Shown here: positions 39,431 through 49,856 of the stretch, one piece after another
How positions within the stretch are numbered: the stretch's first letter is position 1
How the letters are laid out: each line of letters begins with the position of its first letter
Assembly (NCBI GenBank): GCA_020724585.1
Contig: DYGS01000001.1
Span: forward strand, 358,002-422,001
Reading direction: 5' to 3'
Source of the DNA: Candidatus Microgenomatus sp.
Lineage (GTDB): Bacteria; Patescibacteriota; Microgenomatia; UBA8517
Length of the DNA: 64,000 bases
Translations under genes and position numbers: made by a program
Notes under the pieces: generated by a model
The model's input: the letters and a program-made list of their open reading frames with translations, nothing else
The model's database searches: none
What the model was told of the DNA's origin: nothing

Positions 39431-40630
39431 ATGCCCAAAAATTTCATACTTCTCTGGACATCACAAATTCTTTCTCAAGTAACTATTCAAATAATGAATT
39501 TTTTGCTATTGGCAAGAATTTATCAAACTACACAGTCTGCTATTGCAACATCGCTTCTTTGGGTAAGTTATGCGCTCCCTACCATCTTTTTTGGCCCGAT
39601 AGGGGCGGGAGTTGTAGATATGGTAAGCAGAAGAAAAACTTTGATGATTACCAATCTTTTGCAAAGTTTAATTATATTCTTGTATATCTTTACTCATAAT
39701 TATTCAGTCTTTTTGCTTTTTGTGGTCGTTGTTATTTATTCTTTTTTGAATCAATTTTATGTTCCTGCTGAAATGGCCGCTTTGCCTTCTGTTGTCTCGC
39801 AAAAGCATCTGCCTAAAGCCAATAGCCTTTTTTTCTTGACACAGCAATTGTCATTAATTTTTGGATTTGGGCTGGCCGGTTTAATTGAAAAATTATTAAC
39901 TTTTAAGGGAACGCTTATATTTTGTTCAATCTTGCTTTTTATTGCATTTCTTAGCGTGTTTTTTCTTCCTAAACTAAAACCTCGAAACAAAACTCCTCAA
40001 AATATTGAAAATTTGATTAAGAAACTTTTTGATAATATCTTGGAGGGCTACAGATATATAAAAGGAAATAGGACTATTCTTTTTCCTTTGGGACTACTTT
40101 TTATCATTCAGGTATCTTTATCAATTGTTACTGCCAATCTTCCCTCAATTGCGCAAGAGATATTTCATGTCAGCATCTCATATGCTGGAGTTTTGGTGGT
40201 GGTTCCTGCTGGTATTGGAGCGGCAATTGGATCGTATCTGGTTCATAAGCTTATTTCAAAAAAATGGAGAAAAAAGAAAATAATTGATATTTCTTTATTT
40301 ATTTTAGCTCTTTCTACAATTTTGCTTTTGTTTGGCAGTTTAATTTTTGGTCCAATTGCGATTATCTTCATAGGTTTGGGGTTTGTGGGTATAAACATCC
40401 CAACCTTGACTTTTTTGCAGGAGAATACGCCGGATAGTTTAAGGGGCAGAGTATTTGGCAATCTTTGGTTTTTTATAACAGTTGCCTCGATTTTCCCACT
40501 TATTTTTTCTGGAGCCATAACAGAATTTTTGGGAGTAAAAACACTCTTAACAATGATGTCTGTGGGTGTTATTCTTATCTTGGCCTATTCAAGGACTCAC
40601 GGCCAAAAATTAGTAGAGGAGGTTTTATAA
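39431..40630 (+). CDS. MFS transporter
   Basis: 12 TM helices, G.VVD.VSRRK motif A and RGRVFG. Confidence 0.92.
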   Translation: MPKNFILLWTSQILSQVTIQIMNFLLLARIYQTTQSAIATSLLWVSYALPTIFFGPIGAGVVDMVSRRKTLMITNLLQSLIIFLYIFTHNYSVFLLFVVVVIYSFLNQFYVPAEMAALPSVVSQKHLPKANSLFFLTQQLSLIFGFGLAGLIEKLLTFKGTLIFCSILLFIAFLSVFFLPKLKPRNKTPQNIENLIKKLFDNILEGYRYIKGNRTILFPLGLLFIIQVSLSIVTANLPSIAQEIFHVSISYAGVLVVVPAGIGAAIGSYLVHKLISKKWRKKKIIDISLFILALSTILLLFGSLIFGPIAIIFIGLGFVGINIPTLTFLQENTPDSLRGRVFGNLWFFITVASIFPLIFSGAITEFLGVKTLLTMMSVGVILILAYSRTHGQKLVEEVL

Positions 40631-40696
40631 GTTATGGGTGAACAGCGCACAAGATGGTTAAAATCGTATTTCTAGAAAGAGAGTGGAATAGTCTAA

Positions 40697-43600
40697 ATGT
40701 CTAAATTTGTACATCTTCATAATCATACTGAATATTCGCTTCTTGATGGGTTGTCTAAAATTAAAAAATTAATTAACCACGTTAAAGAAAATGATATGGA
40801 TGCAATTGCCATTACCGATCATGGAGCAATGTATGGCGTCATTGAATTTTATAAAGAGGCCAAAAAACAGGAAATAAAACCAATAATTGGTCTCGAAGCA
40901 TATTTAACAAATGACGATTTATCCATAAGAAGCGGCAAAACTCAAAATTATCATTTGACACTTCTTGCCAAAAATTATCAGGGTTACAAAAATTTGATGG
41001 AGATATCTTCAATTGCACACATGAAGGGTTTTTATTATAAACCGCGAATTACTAAAGAAATTTTGCAAAAGCACTCCAAGGGTTTAATTTGTTTATCAGG
41101 TTGTCCTCAGGCAGAGGTTCCCCAACTTTTAATTAATGATGAATACCAAAAGGCTAAAAAGTTGGCAGTATGGTTTTTAGATGTATTTGACAAAGATTAT
41201 TATTTGGAAATCCAGAGGCATTTTTATGAAAAAGTAATTCCCGAAATTGATAATACTGAGCTTAAAAATAGTGTTATAGAGGCAAGAGAAACATTTGAAA
41301 AATACGGCCAGGAAATTATTAAATTAAGTAGAGACTTAGGTATACCGTTGGTTGCAACAAATGACAGTCATTATATTAAAAAAGAAGATGCTGCCTCCCA
41401 AGATGCATTGGTTTGTATAGCAACTGGAAAAGTGATATCAGATATAAAGAGACTGCGCTACATTGATAATCCCGACTTTTATATAAAGACTCCGCAGGAG
41501 ATGATCGAGGCATTCATGGACCTGCCTGATGCTGTTTCAAATACAGTTGAAATTGCAAATAAATGCAACTTGGAAATTCCTTTGGGCTCCTGGGCTTTTC
41601 CAAAATTTGACTTGCCGGAAGGAAAAAATGAAAAGGAATATTTGGAAGAACTAGCCTGGGAAAGATTGCCGCAAAGGGTTAGTGAAATTACGGATGAGGT
41701 AAAAAATAGGCTCAAATACGAGCTTGAAATTATAAACGCTAAAGGCTATGCTCCCTACTTTTTAATTGTTATGGATATGGTTAATTGGGCCAATGATAAC
41801 GGAATTATTACAAATACCCGAGGTTCTGCGGCTGGTTCCTTGGTATCTTTTGTTCTGGGAATAACAACTGTTAACCCTATTACCTACAATCTTCCATTTG
41901 AACGATTTCTAAATCCGTATAGGCCAAGTCCACCAGATATTGATTTTGATATTGCTGATAACAGACGCGATGATGTTATTAATTACATTTCTCAAAAATA
42001 TGGGTCAGAAAAAACTGCCCAAATCTGTACATTCGGTAGGATGCTTTCTCGAGCCGCCGTTAGAGATATTGCTAGAGTTTTGGGATATGAATATTCTGTG
42101 GGAGATAAGATTGCAAAAGCTGTACCGCAGGGGTCGCAAGGTTTTCCAATGACATTTGAAAGAGCGCTGAATGAATCACAGGAACTTAAAAATCTTTATG
42201 ACAATGATCCTGATTGTAAAAAAATTATTGATCTCGCACGGAAAATAGAGGGTAACGCCAGGCATTTATCAGTTCATGCCGCCGGTGTTGTTGTTGCCCC
42301 ATCCAAATTGACAAATTTTTCTCCTATTCAAATGGAACCCAAGGGAGAGAAAACAATTACCCAATACGAAATGCACGCCTGCGAGGATGTTGGCTTAATT
42401 AAGTTTGATGTTTTAGGGATTCGCAATTTGTCTATATTGGGAAGTGCAATTGAAATTGTCAAAAATAATTTGGGGGTAGCGGTTGACTTGAGAAAAATTC
42501 CAATTGATGACAAAAAGACTTTTGAAATGCTTTCCCGTGGTGAAACTATGGGGACTTTCCAATTAAATGGGGCGGGAATGACCAAATTTTTGAAAGACTT
42601 GAAACCGACAAGAGTTGAAGATTTAATGGCTATGGTTGCCTTGTATCGTCCCGGTCCAATGGCTGTTATACCCGAATATATTAATAGAAAAAATAATCCA
42701 AAAAAAATTTTATATTTGGATCCAAGAATGGAGAAGTTTTTGAATAAATCTTATGGACTCTTAGTTTATCAGGATGATTTGCTCTTTTGTGCACTTGAAC
42801 TTGCAGGATACACATGGGAAGAAGCAGATAAATTTAGAAAAGCAGTTGGCAAGAAAATTCCAGAGGAAATGGCGGCCCAGCATGAGAAGTTTACGCAAGG
42901 GATTATAAAGAACGGCCAGACAAAGGAATTTGCAGAAAATTTATGGAAGTTGTTTGAGCCCTTTCAGGCTTATGGCTTTAATAAGGCTCATGCAGCATCT
43001 TATGGCATGGTTGCCTATTTTACATCCTATATGAAAGCAAATTACCCCGTTGAATACATGACTGCTCTTTTAACTGCAGAAAGCGATGACAGTCAAAAAG
43101 TGGCCCAGGCTGTTTATGAATGCAAAAGAATGGGGATTAAAATTTTACCTCCAGATATAAACGAATCAGATTTAAGTTTTACTATAGTTACCCACGATGA
43201 ATCTTTGGAAAAAAAGGCGATTAGATTTGGCCTTTCAGCAATCAAAAATGTCGGTTCTGTTGCTATTTCTGATATTTTAGAAAAAAGAAAATTAGATGGA
43301 CCATTTAACTCGTTTTCTGATTTTATAAACAGGGTTGATGGCAGAAAAGTTAATAAAAAAGTCTTAGAAAGCCTTATTAAAGTAGGCGCCATGGATAGAT
43401 TTGGTAAAAGAACAGCCCTATTATCAGTTATAGATCTTATTAAATCAAAACTTGTAAAACCTAAAGAAAACAATGGTCAATCAGGTCTTTTTAGCGATGA
43501 GGATTCTTTAAAAACTTCGGTTTTAGCAACCGATATTATTGAAATTGACGATTCGATAGAGGAGTATTCAGACAAAGAAAAAGAAGATATTGAGCGAGAA

Positions 43601-43963
43601 CTTCTTGGCTTTTCAATATCTGCGAGGCCTACTGCCGAAATTTTGTCGCCAGTTTCGTTTATGGCAAGCCACAGGATTGAAGAGATTGATCCAGAGACAT
43701 TTTTGGGTAAAAACATTAAATTAGTTGTAGTTATTAGGGAAGTCAAAAATATATTAACAAAACAAGGGTCGAACATGGCGTTTGCAAAACTTGAGGATGG
43801 ATCGGGTTTAATTGAGGCAGTTATTTTCCCTAAAGTCTATATACTTTCAAAAGATTTCTTAAAAGAGGGAAATACCATTTTAGTGTCGGGAAAAGTTGAT
43901 TCTAGAAATGATCAGGCAAATATATTAGTTGATAAAATTGAGGAGCTAGAAATAGATGTTTAA
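40697..43963 (+). CDS. dnaE: DNA polymerase III alpha subunit
   Basis: HLHNHTEYSLLDG, RGSAAGS, PDIDFD and YGFNKAHA motifs. No intein-sized insert. Confidence 0.98.
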   Translation: MSKFVHLHNHTEYSLLDGLSKIKKLINHVKENDMDAIAITDHGAMYGVIEFYKEAKKQEIKPIIGLEAYLTNDDLSIRSGKTQNYHLTLLAKNYQGYKNLMEISSIAHMKGFYYKPRITKEILQKHSKGLICLSGCPQAEVPQLLINDEYQKAKKLAVWFLDVFDKDYYLEIQRHFYEKVIPEIDNTELKNSVIEARETFEKYGQEIIKLSRDLGIPLVATNDSHYIKKEDAASQDALVCIATGKVISDIKRLRYIDNPDFYIKTPQEMIEAFMDLPDAVSNTVEIANKCNLEIPLGSWAFPKFDLPEGKNEKEYLEELAWERLPQRVSEITDEVKNRLKYELEIINAKGYAPYFLIVMDMVNWANDNGIITNTRGSAAGSLVSFVLGITTVNPITYNLPFERFLNPYRPSPPDIDFDIADNRRDDVINYISQKYGSEKTAQICTFGRMLSRAAVRDIARVLGYEYSVGDKIAKAVPQGSQGFPMTFERALNESQELKNLYDNDPDCKKIIDLARKIEGNARHLSVHAAGVVVAPSKLTNFSPIQMEPKGEKTITQYEMHACEDVGLIKFDVLGIRNLSILGSAIEIVKNNLGVAVDLRKIPIDDKKTFEMLSRGETMGTFQLNGAGMTKFLKDLKPTRVEDLMAMVALYRPGPMAVIPEYINRKNNPKKILYLDPRMEKFLNKSYGLLVYQDDLLFCALELAGYTWEEADKFRKAVGKKIPEEMAAQHEKFTQGIIKNGQTKEFAENLWKLFEPFQAYGFNKAHAASYGMVAYFTSYMKANYPVEYMTALLTAESDDSQKVAQAVYECKRMGIKILPPDINESDLSFTIVTHDESLEKKAIRFGLSAIKNVGSVAISDILEKRKLDGPFNSFSDFINRVDGRKVNKKVLESLIKVGAMDRFGKRTALLSVIDLIKSKLVKPKENNGQSGLFSDEDSLKTSVLATDIIEIDDSIEEYSDKEKEDIERELLGFSISARPTAEILSPVSFMASHRIEEIDPETFLGKNIKLVVVIREVKNILTKQGSNMAFAKLEDGSGLIEAVIFPKVYILSKDFLKEGNTILVSGKVDSRNDQANILVDKIEELEIDV

Positions 43964-44044
43964 AAACAAAAGTTAATCTAAAGTTAATTGGTCGTCTAAA
44001 TTACAAATTGAGATGGAAAAAGTTTTGGGATATAATAGCTAGCT

Positions 44045-44416
44045 ATGGCATTAAAGATTAAACACAATGACATTGAGTTTGGGGTTGGGGACAAGGTTAA
44101 AGTCTATCAACGAATAAAAGAAGGGGAAAAAACCCGTCTTGCTTTTTTTGAAGGTGTTGTAATTAAAATTTCAGGCCGCAATGAGAGAAAAATGTTTACA
44201 GTTAGAAGAATAGGAGAAGCTTCAATTGGTATCGAAAAAATATTTCCAATTTCACTTCCAACAATTGAAAAGATTGAAGTTATTAAAAAAGGAGTAAAGG
44301 GAGTTAGGCGATCAAAACTTTATTACATAAGAGAAAAGTCTCCCAAAGAAATTGACAAAATTTATGCCCGAAACAAAAGACGGGAAGAGGCAAAAAAATC
44401 TAAATCTTCAAAATAA
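44045..44416 (+). CDS. rplS: 50S ribosomal protein L19
   Basis: GDKVKV...FEGVVI...VRRSKLYYIR. Confidence 0.96.
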   Translation: MALKIKHNDIEFGVGDKVKVYQRIKEGEKTRLAFFEGVVIKISGRNERKMFTVRRIGEASIGIEKIFPISLPTIEKIEVIKKGVKGVRRSKLYYIREKSPKEIDKIYARNKRREEAKKSKSSK

Positions 44417-44440
44417 GCAGTCATTTGTTATACTGTTCTC

Positions 44441-44971
44441 ATGGTTATATTGGGTATTGATCCTGGAACTGCTACAACCGGATATGGTCTTATTGAAATC
44501 GGAAAACAGGAAATAATGGTTAAAAGTTGGGGATTAATTGAAACAGATAAAAATGGATTTAAAGAACATCGGTTAGAAAAAATATATGAGGAGACGACTG
44601 CTTTAATAAAACTTCACAAACCCGACTGCTTTGTTATTGAAAAAGTGTTTTTTGCAACTAATGCCAAGACGGCAATTGCGGTGGGCCAAGCACAAGGGGT
44701 GATGTTGTTGGCCGCAGGCAAATGCGGGATTGAGATTTTTGAATATGCTCCCGGAACAATCAAAAAGGTTATAACTGGATCAGGAAAGTCTAATAAGAAA
44801 GAAGTACAGATTCATGTCAGAAAAATTTTAGGCAATAAAGTTAAAAGCCAAAAACACAAAAAAACACATTTTGACAATGCGGCGGATGCTTTAGCAATAG
44901 CGCTTACCCATGCTCAAACTATCAATAATCAATCATCAATAACCAATAATCAAAAGCAAGTTAAGTCCTAA
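44441..44971 (+). CDS. ruvC: Holliday junction resolvase RuvC
   Basis: ILGIDPG...TGYG, IEKVFF and DNAADALAIA motifs. Confidence 0.96.
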   Translation: MVILGIDPGTATTGYGLIEIGKQEIMVKSWGLIETDKNGFKEHRLEKIYEETTALIKLHKPDCFVIEKVFFATNAKTAIAVGQAQGVMLLAAGKCGIEIFEYAPGTIKKVITGSGKSNKKEVQIHVRKILGNKVKSQKHKKTHFDNAADALAIALTHAQTINNQSSITNNQKQVKS

Positions 44972-45050
44972 AATATATGCATAAATTTGATTTGGAGGAA
45001 CGAACATTTTCGAGAAGTAATTGGTTATTGTATATTGATTATTAAGTATT
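44923..45050 (+). pseudogene. Remnant of a four-helix-bundle-protein cassette flanked by inverted heptamer arrays
   Basis: (CAATAAY)x4 array, then the 22-codon ORF MHKFDLEERTF... (44977-45045), then an (ATTGrTT)-type array. Confidence 0.55.
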
Positions 45051-45056
45051 ATTCAT

Positions 45057-45308
45057 ATGTTTAAAATTGGGACTGTTACTAAATATCTTGAAAAAACTGG
45101 AGTTTGCATCGTTGACTTAATTGCCGATCTTGGCGTTTCTGATAAAATTCGAATAATGCACAAATATAAAGACACCATAGAGAATATAAAAATCGAATTT
45201 ATTCAAATTGGAACCCAAAAAGTAGAGATAGCCTCAAAAGGAACAACTGCAATTGTTAAATTTGATCAAGCTGTTAGGGAGGGATCAGAAATTTACAGAA
45301 ATGGTTAA
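45057..45308 (+). CDS. Small beta-barrel protein (EF-Tu domain II / U32 C-terminal-like)
   Basis: IGTVTKY...GV...L.V.DKI...IQI...V..A..G pattern. Confidence 0.65.
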   Translation: MFKIGTVTKYLEKTGVCIVDLIADLGVSDKIRIMHKYKDTIENIKIEFIQIGTQKVEIASKGTTAIVKFDQAVREGSEIYRNG

Positions 45309-45702
45309 AAAAAGATCGGGGGTTAATTGGGAAACCGCAGAAGATATCGAAAAGCGGACGCTTCATTTGATTAAAGAATTAGATTTAGAATGGCTTTCAT
45401 ATGGCCGATTGTTTTTTTATAGATCGTACGGCAGCAAGGCACGGGCTTATGCTCGAACTTGGGGTTTGCCAAGGCTGTGGCAAAGGACTTTAAATGTTGA
45501 ACCTGCCTATATCATTGAAATAATTTCAGAGCACTTTGATAAATTAAATCAGCGAAAAAAGGATGAAATATTGCTCCACGAATTATCACATATACCAAAA
45601 AATTTTTCAGGCAGTTTAACACCCCACACAAGATCAGGCCACAATAACTTTAAGGACAAGCTAAGACAAATGATTACTAAATTGAATGAATTAAATTTTT
45701 AA
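45301..45702 (+). CDS. Putative metallopeptidase (HExxH)
   Basis: AYARTWGL, YIIEII and LLHELSHIP motifs. Confidence 0.75.
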   Translation: MVKKRSGVNWETAEDIEKRTLHLIKELDLEWLSYGRLFFYRSYGSKARAYARTWGLPRLWQRTLNVEPAYIIEIISEHFDKLNQRKKDEILLHELSHIPKNFSGSLTPHTRSGHNNFKDKLRQMITKLNELNF

Positions 45703-45704
45703 GT

Positions 45705-46253
45705 ATGAATTTAATTGTTTTACATGGGACAGATAGAAGGAGGCTTTATGAGAGGCTTACTGCCTTTATCAATGAGGCTAAAAAAAGAGGCTGGGAGGTA
45801 GTTAATGATAAAGTGGAGGACACGCCTTCCCTTTTTAGTTTAGAAAAACTAATAATATTAAGAGATTATAAAAAAATAGGAAAAAAAGAATTAAATATAC
45901 TTAAAAATAGAGTAGGGACGGCTGTTATCTACTGGGAAGGAAAAATACCAGCGGCATTTTTGAAAAATTTAGCCAAAAATACAAAAATTGAAAAATATGA
46001 TCTACCTTTTGAAATATGGAAATTTTTACAAAATATAAACTTAAAAAGTTTTAACGAAATCATCAAAAAGGAGCCTTTGGAATATGTTTTTGCGATGATT
46101 TTCTGGAAAATGAAGCAAAAATATCTTTCTGGTTTTGACCCAAAATACGCCCAAATTATTTCAAAATTAGCGGAGATCGATGCCAAATCAAAAACAGGAG
46201 AGGCGGATTTGGAAACAGAGCTTGATTTATTAATCGCCAAAGAACTAAAATGA
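45705..46253 (+). CDS. DNA polymerase III delta (HolA)-like protein, reduced
   Basis: LIVLHG, PSLFS...LII and C-terminal L.EID..SKTG motifs. Confidence 0.6.
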   Translation: MNLIVLHGTDRRRLYERLTAFINEAKKRGWEVVNDKVEDTPSLFSLEKLIILRDYKKIGKKELNILKNRVGTAVIYWEGKIPAAFLKNLAKNTKIEKYDLPFEIWKFLQNINLKSFNEIIKKEPLEYVFAMIFWKMKQKYLSGFDPKYAQIISKLAEIDAKSKTGEADLETELDLLIAKELK

Positions 46254-46257
46254 GATT

Positions 46258-47043
46258 GTGAAACCTCTACAATTACTTACCTACGAAGATATCAAAGATT
46301 TAAAACTTGTTGTTTTTGATGTTGACGGCGTGACCATTAAGAAAGGTACCCAAATTGAAGAAATTAAAACTGCTGATAAAACAAAATTTACCATAAGCAC
46401 TAATAATTTAACTCCTGAAATGAAAGATGCTTTATTTAAATTAAAACAGAAGTATTTTGTGGCCATTTGTTCGGGAAGGAGCAGTCTTTACTTAACTGAT
46501 GTTTTTAACGATCTTCTTTGGGATAATTTTTATCTAATCAGCGAAATAGGTATTTTTACTTTAATTGATGGAGAATTAAAGCAAAATAAAAAATTTGAAC
46601 GAAAATACTTGGAAAAAATGAAACTTATTAAAAATGATTTGAGTAAATTGGTTGGAGATAAACCTGAGATGGCTGATTTTGAACTAAAACAGTTTTTAAT
46701 TACACTTCATGCTAGTTATGAAATTCCTGAAGTTTATGAAATTATGAAAAAAAATGATCCCGAGAAAGAATTTTATTGTCTGTGGAATGGAGAGGCTTTT
46801 GATATTGCTCCAAAAATTTTAGACAAGGGAGAGTCAATCAAATTTTTGGCTAAAGAGCTGGGTATTGGGATCTACCAAACAATGGCGTCGGGCAATGGCC
46901 CAAATGATAAATCAATGCTTGATGCGGCGGGAATTGGTATAACAACTGACAAAAAATCAGTTGAAGCAGATTATTATACCGAGGGTAATGAGGAACTTGG
47001 TGGATTTGAAATTATTAATAAATTATTAGAATTGTCAAAATGA
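46258..47043 (+). CDS. HAD-IIB family hydrolase
   Basis: FDVDG, CSGR, DKG and GNGPNDKSM motifs. Confidence 0.88.
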   Translation: MKPLQLLTYEDIKDLKLVVFDVDGVTIKKGTQIEEIKTADKTKFTISTNNLTPEMKDALFKLKQKYFVAICSGRSSLYLTDVFNDLLWDNFYLISEIGIFTLIDGELKQNKKFERKYLEKMKLIKNDLSKLVGDKPEMADFELKQFLITLHASYEIPEVYEIMKKNDPEKEFYCLWNGEAFDIAPKILDKGESIKFLAKELGIGIYQTMASGNGPNDKSMLDAAGIGITTDKKSVEADYYTEGNEELGGFEIINKLLELSK

Positions 47044-47465
47044 AGGATACAAGTAAATTTTCAGTTAAGCCTTATATTTTAAAAGTTGACAAACCTTGGG
47101 GTTTTGAGCTTATTTTTTCAGATGGTAGCACAAAAGTTACAAGTAAATTACTGCATGTAACTGCGGGTAGGAGATCAAGTTTGCAGTTCCATGATACTAA
47201 AGAGGAAATATTGACTCTAATTTCGGGCGAGGGTATTTTAGAATTGGAGGATAGCTTGGGAAATATTCAAAAATTTAATATGGAGCTTCGCAAAAGCTAT
47301 TTGATTTTGCCTAATCAAATTCATAGATTTAGTGCGGGTCAAACTGACTGTGAAATTATGGAAGCTTCAACACCTGAAAAAGGAAACACTGTAAGGCTTG
47401 AGGATGATTATAAAAGAGGCATTGAAACAGAATCTGATCGTCAAAATGCGAGACAAAAATTCTAA
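47040..47465 (+). CDS. Cupin domain protein (mannose-6-phosphate isomerase-like)
   Basis: KPWG.E, SLQFH..KEE, HRF and EASTPE...VRLEDDY motifs. Confidence 0.85.
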   Translation: MKDTSKFSVKPYILKVDKPWGFELIFSDGSTKVTSKLLHVTAGRRSSLQFHDTKEEILTLISGEGILELEDSLGNIQKFNMELRKSYLILPNQIHRFSAGQTDCEIMEASTPEKGNTVRLEDDYKRGIETESDRQNARQKF

Positions 47466-47486
47466 TTTTTGATGTATATTTAATAT

Positions 47487-49754
47487 ATGACTAATCTGCC
47501 CTTGGTAGTTGATTTTAAAGATATTGATAAACATTCTCTTTCTCTGGTTGGAGGAAAAGGAGCTAATTTGGGGGAAATGGTTAACGCGGGCTTTCCTGTG
47601 CCTAACGGTTTTGCAGTTACCGTGCCCGCCTACCAAAAATTTTTAGAAGAAAATAATATATCGCAAAAGATATACGACATATTAGCTGTTACAAATGTCG
47701 AAGACCCCGCTCAGTTAGAGCAGGCGTCTAAAAAAATTCAAAAAATCGTTATATCATCTAAATTTCCTGAGACAGTTTTTAAAGATTTGATTGCAAGCTA
47801 CCGTAAATTATCAGGCAGATTTGCCAGTGCTTTGGTTGCAGTTAGATCATCAGCGACTGCTGAAGATTTGCCAGGCATGAGTTTCGCGGGTCAGCAGGCT
47901 ACATTTTTGAATATTAAAGGCGAGACCAATCTTCAAATAGCGGTGAGAGAGTGTTGGGCATCGCTTTTTACTCCTAGGGCAATTTATTATCGTGTTCACA
48001 ATAAAATAAAGCACGAAAAAGTTGGAATTTCTGTAATTGTTCAAAAAATGATCCAAAGCGAGGTTTCCGGAATTATGTTTTCGATTGATCCAGTCACAAA
48101 TCTAAAAGACAGAATTGTTATAGATGCTGTTTGGGGTTTGGGTGAAATGATTGTCCAGGGTGCATATGTACCTGATCACTATGTTGTTCAAAAAGAGACC
48201 TTTGCGATTCTATCGAAAGAAGTTAATTTTCAAGAAAAGCAATTAATTAAAAAGGGCCAAGAGACTAAAGAGGTTGATGTGCCAAGGAAAATGCGAGACA
48301 GGGCAAAACTCGATGATAAAAAAATTATTGATCTAGCTAAACTTGCCCAAAAACTGCAGGATCATTACTTTTTTCCTCAAGATATTGAGTGGGCAATGGA
48401 GAAAGAAAAGTTATATATTGTACAGACAAGACCGATAACAACTATAGAAAAAACTCAAAAACTCCAAAACTCAAGTCAAGTTCAAAGCGAAAATAGTGCA
48501 CCGATACTTAAAGGAATACCAGCTTCCCCTGGAATTGGAACAGGCAAAGTTGTAATTCTTAAAAGTCCTAAAGAAATCGACAAAATTTCAAAGGGTGATG
48601 TTTTGGTTGCCCCAATGACATCGCCTGATTATGTGCCTGCGATGAAGAAGGCTTCGGCAATTATTACCAACGAGGGTGGGATGACAAGCCATGCGGCAAT
48701 AGTCTCAAGGGAAATGGGAACTCCTTGCGTGGTTGGAACCAAAAAAGCAACAGAAGTTTTAAAAGAAGGCGACATAGTAACGGTTAATGGAAAAACGGGA
48801 GAAATATATGATGGTAACAAAACTCAAGGAATCAAAGATTCAAAAACTCAAAGCAATGAAAAAGTTAAAAATAAAAATTTAAAGACAGCAACAAAATTAT
48901 ATGTAAATTTGGCTGAACCTGACAGAGCCAAAGAAGTTTCCAAAATGAATGTTGACGGAGTAGGTCTTCTTCGAGCAGAATTTATGATAGCCGATATTGG
49001 AATCCACCCCAAAGAAGCAATTAAAAGAAAAATTCAGCACACTTTTATAGATAAATTAGTTGGGAATTTAGAAAAATTCTGCGAAAGTTTTTATCCGAGG
49101 CAAGTTATCTATCGGGCTACGGATTTTAAAACTAATGAGTATCGAAGTTTGGAAGGCGGTAAGTTCTGGGAGCCATTGGAACCTAACCCAATGCTTGGCT
49201 TTCGCGGCGCTTTTAGATATGTTTCTGACCCCGAAGTTTTTAACCTTGAGCTTCAGGCAATTAAAAAAGTAAGAGAAAAATATAATAATTTACAGATAAT
49301 GATCCCTTTTGTTAGAAGTCCGGATGAGCTGAGAAGAGTAAAAAGGATTGTTCATTCAAACGGCCTTTTTGAGGATCTGAGTTTTAAGTTTTGGATGATG
49401 GTCGAATTGCCTGTAAATGTGATTTTATTGGAAGAATTCATTAAGGTAGGAATTGATGGAGTATCGATAGGCAGTAACGACTTGACCATGCTTTTACAGG
49501 GAACTGATCGCGATAATGCTACAGTTTCCTCAGCTTTTAACGAGATGCAGCCGGAGGTTATCTGGGCAATCAAAAAAGTTATTAAAACATGCAACAAATA
49601 TGGTATAACATCGTCTATTTGCGGCCAGGCGGCAAGCAGTTATAATGAACTGGTGGAAGTTTTAATTAAAGCGGGAATTACATCAGTCTCTGTAAATCCT
49701 GATGCAGTTGAAAGAACAAGGCAGATGATTTATGAAACAGAGAAGTTGATATAG
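47487..49754 (+). CDS. ppsA: Phosphoenolpyruvate synthase
   Basis: GGKGANLGE, VRSSATAED, TSHAAIVSRE and SIGSNDLT motifs. Confidence 0.96.
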   Translation: MTNLPLVVDFKDIDKHSLSLVGGKGANLGEMVNAGFPVPNGFAVTVPAYQKFLEENNISQKIYDILAVTNVEDPAQLEQASKKIQKIVISSKFPETVFKDLIASYRKLSGRFASALVAVRSSATAEDLPGMSFAGQQATFLNIKGETNLQIAVRECWASLFTPRAIYYRVHNKIKHEKVGISVIVQKMIQSEVSGIMFSIDPVTNLKDRIVIDAVWGLGEMIVQGAYVPDHYVVQKETFAILSKEVNFQEKQLIKKGQETKEVDVPRKMRDRAKLDDKKIIDLAKLAQKLQDHYFFPQDIEWAMEKEKLYIVQTRPITTIEKTQKLQNSSQVQSENSAPILKGIPASPGIGTGKVVILKSPKEIDKISKGDVLVAPMTSPDYVPAMKKASAIITNEGGMTSHAAIVSREMGTPCVVGTKKATEVLKEGDIVTVNGKTGEIYDGNKTQGIKDSKTQSNEKVKNKNLKTATKLYVNLAEPDRAKEVSKMNVDGVGLLRAEFMIADIGIHPKEAIKRKIQHTFIDKLVGNLEKFCESFYPRQVIYRATDFKTNEYRSLEGGKFWEPLEPNPMLGFRGAFRYVSDPEVFNLELQAIKKVREKYNNLQIMIPFVRSPDELRRVKRIVHSNGLFEDLSFKFWMMVELPVNVILLEEFIKVGIDGVSIGSNDLTMLLQGTDRDNATVSSAFNEMQPEVIWAIKKVIKTCNKYGITSSICGQAASSYNELVEVLIKAGITSVSVNPDAVERTRQMIYETEKLI

Positions 49755-49842
49755 ATTGCTTTTCCCGCAGTGCGGAATCGCAATGACACGGCTTTCTTGA
49801 TTGTCATGGCGACCACAGATGAAGCGTAGTGGATGGTGATCT
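49753..49842. repeat. Two RPE/REP-like half elements, back to back, between ppsA and eno
   Basis: AGATTGC...TCGCAATGACA, a 13-nt spacer, then TGTCATGGCGA...GTGATCT. Confidence 0.8.
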
Positions 49843-49856
49843 AGCAATATAAAAAT

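Noticed and set aside
40697-43963. Intein or intron in dnaE
   Set aside because: Length of 1088 aa and continuous motifs leave no room for one.
44977-45045. Diversity-generating retroelement (Avd-like accessory gene)
   Set aside because: No reverse transcriptase and no TR/VR pair with adenine-specific mismatches was seen.
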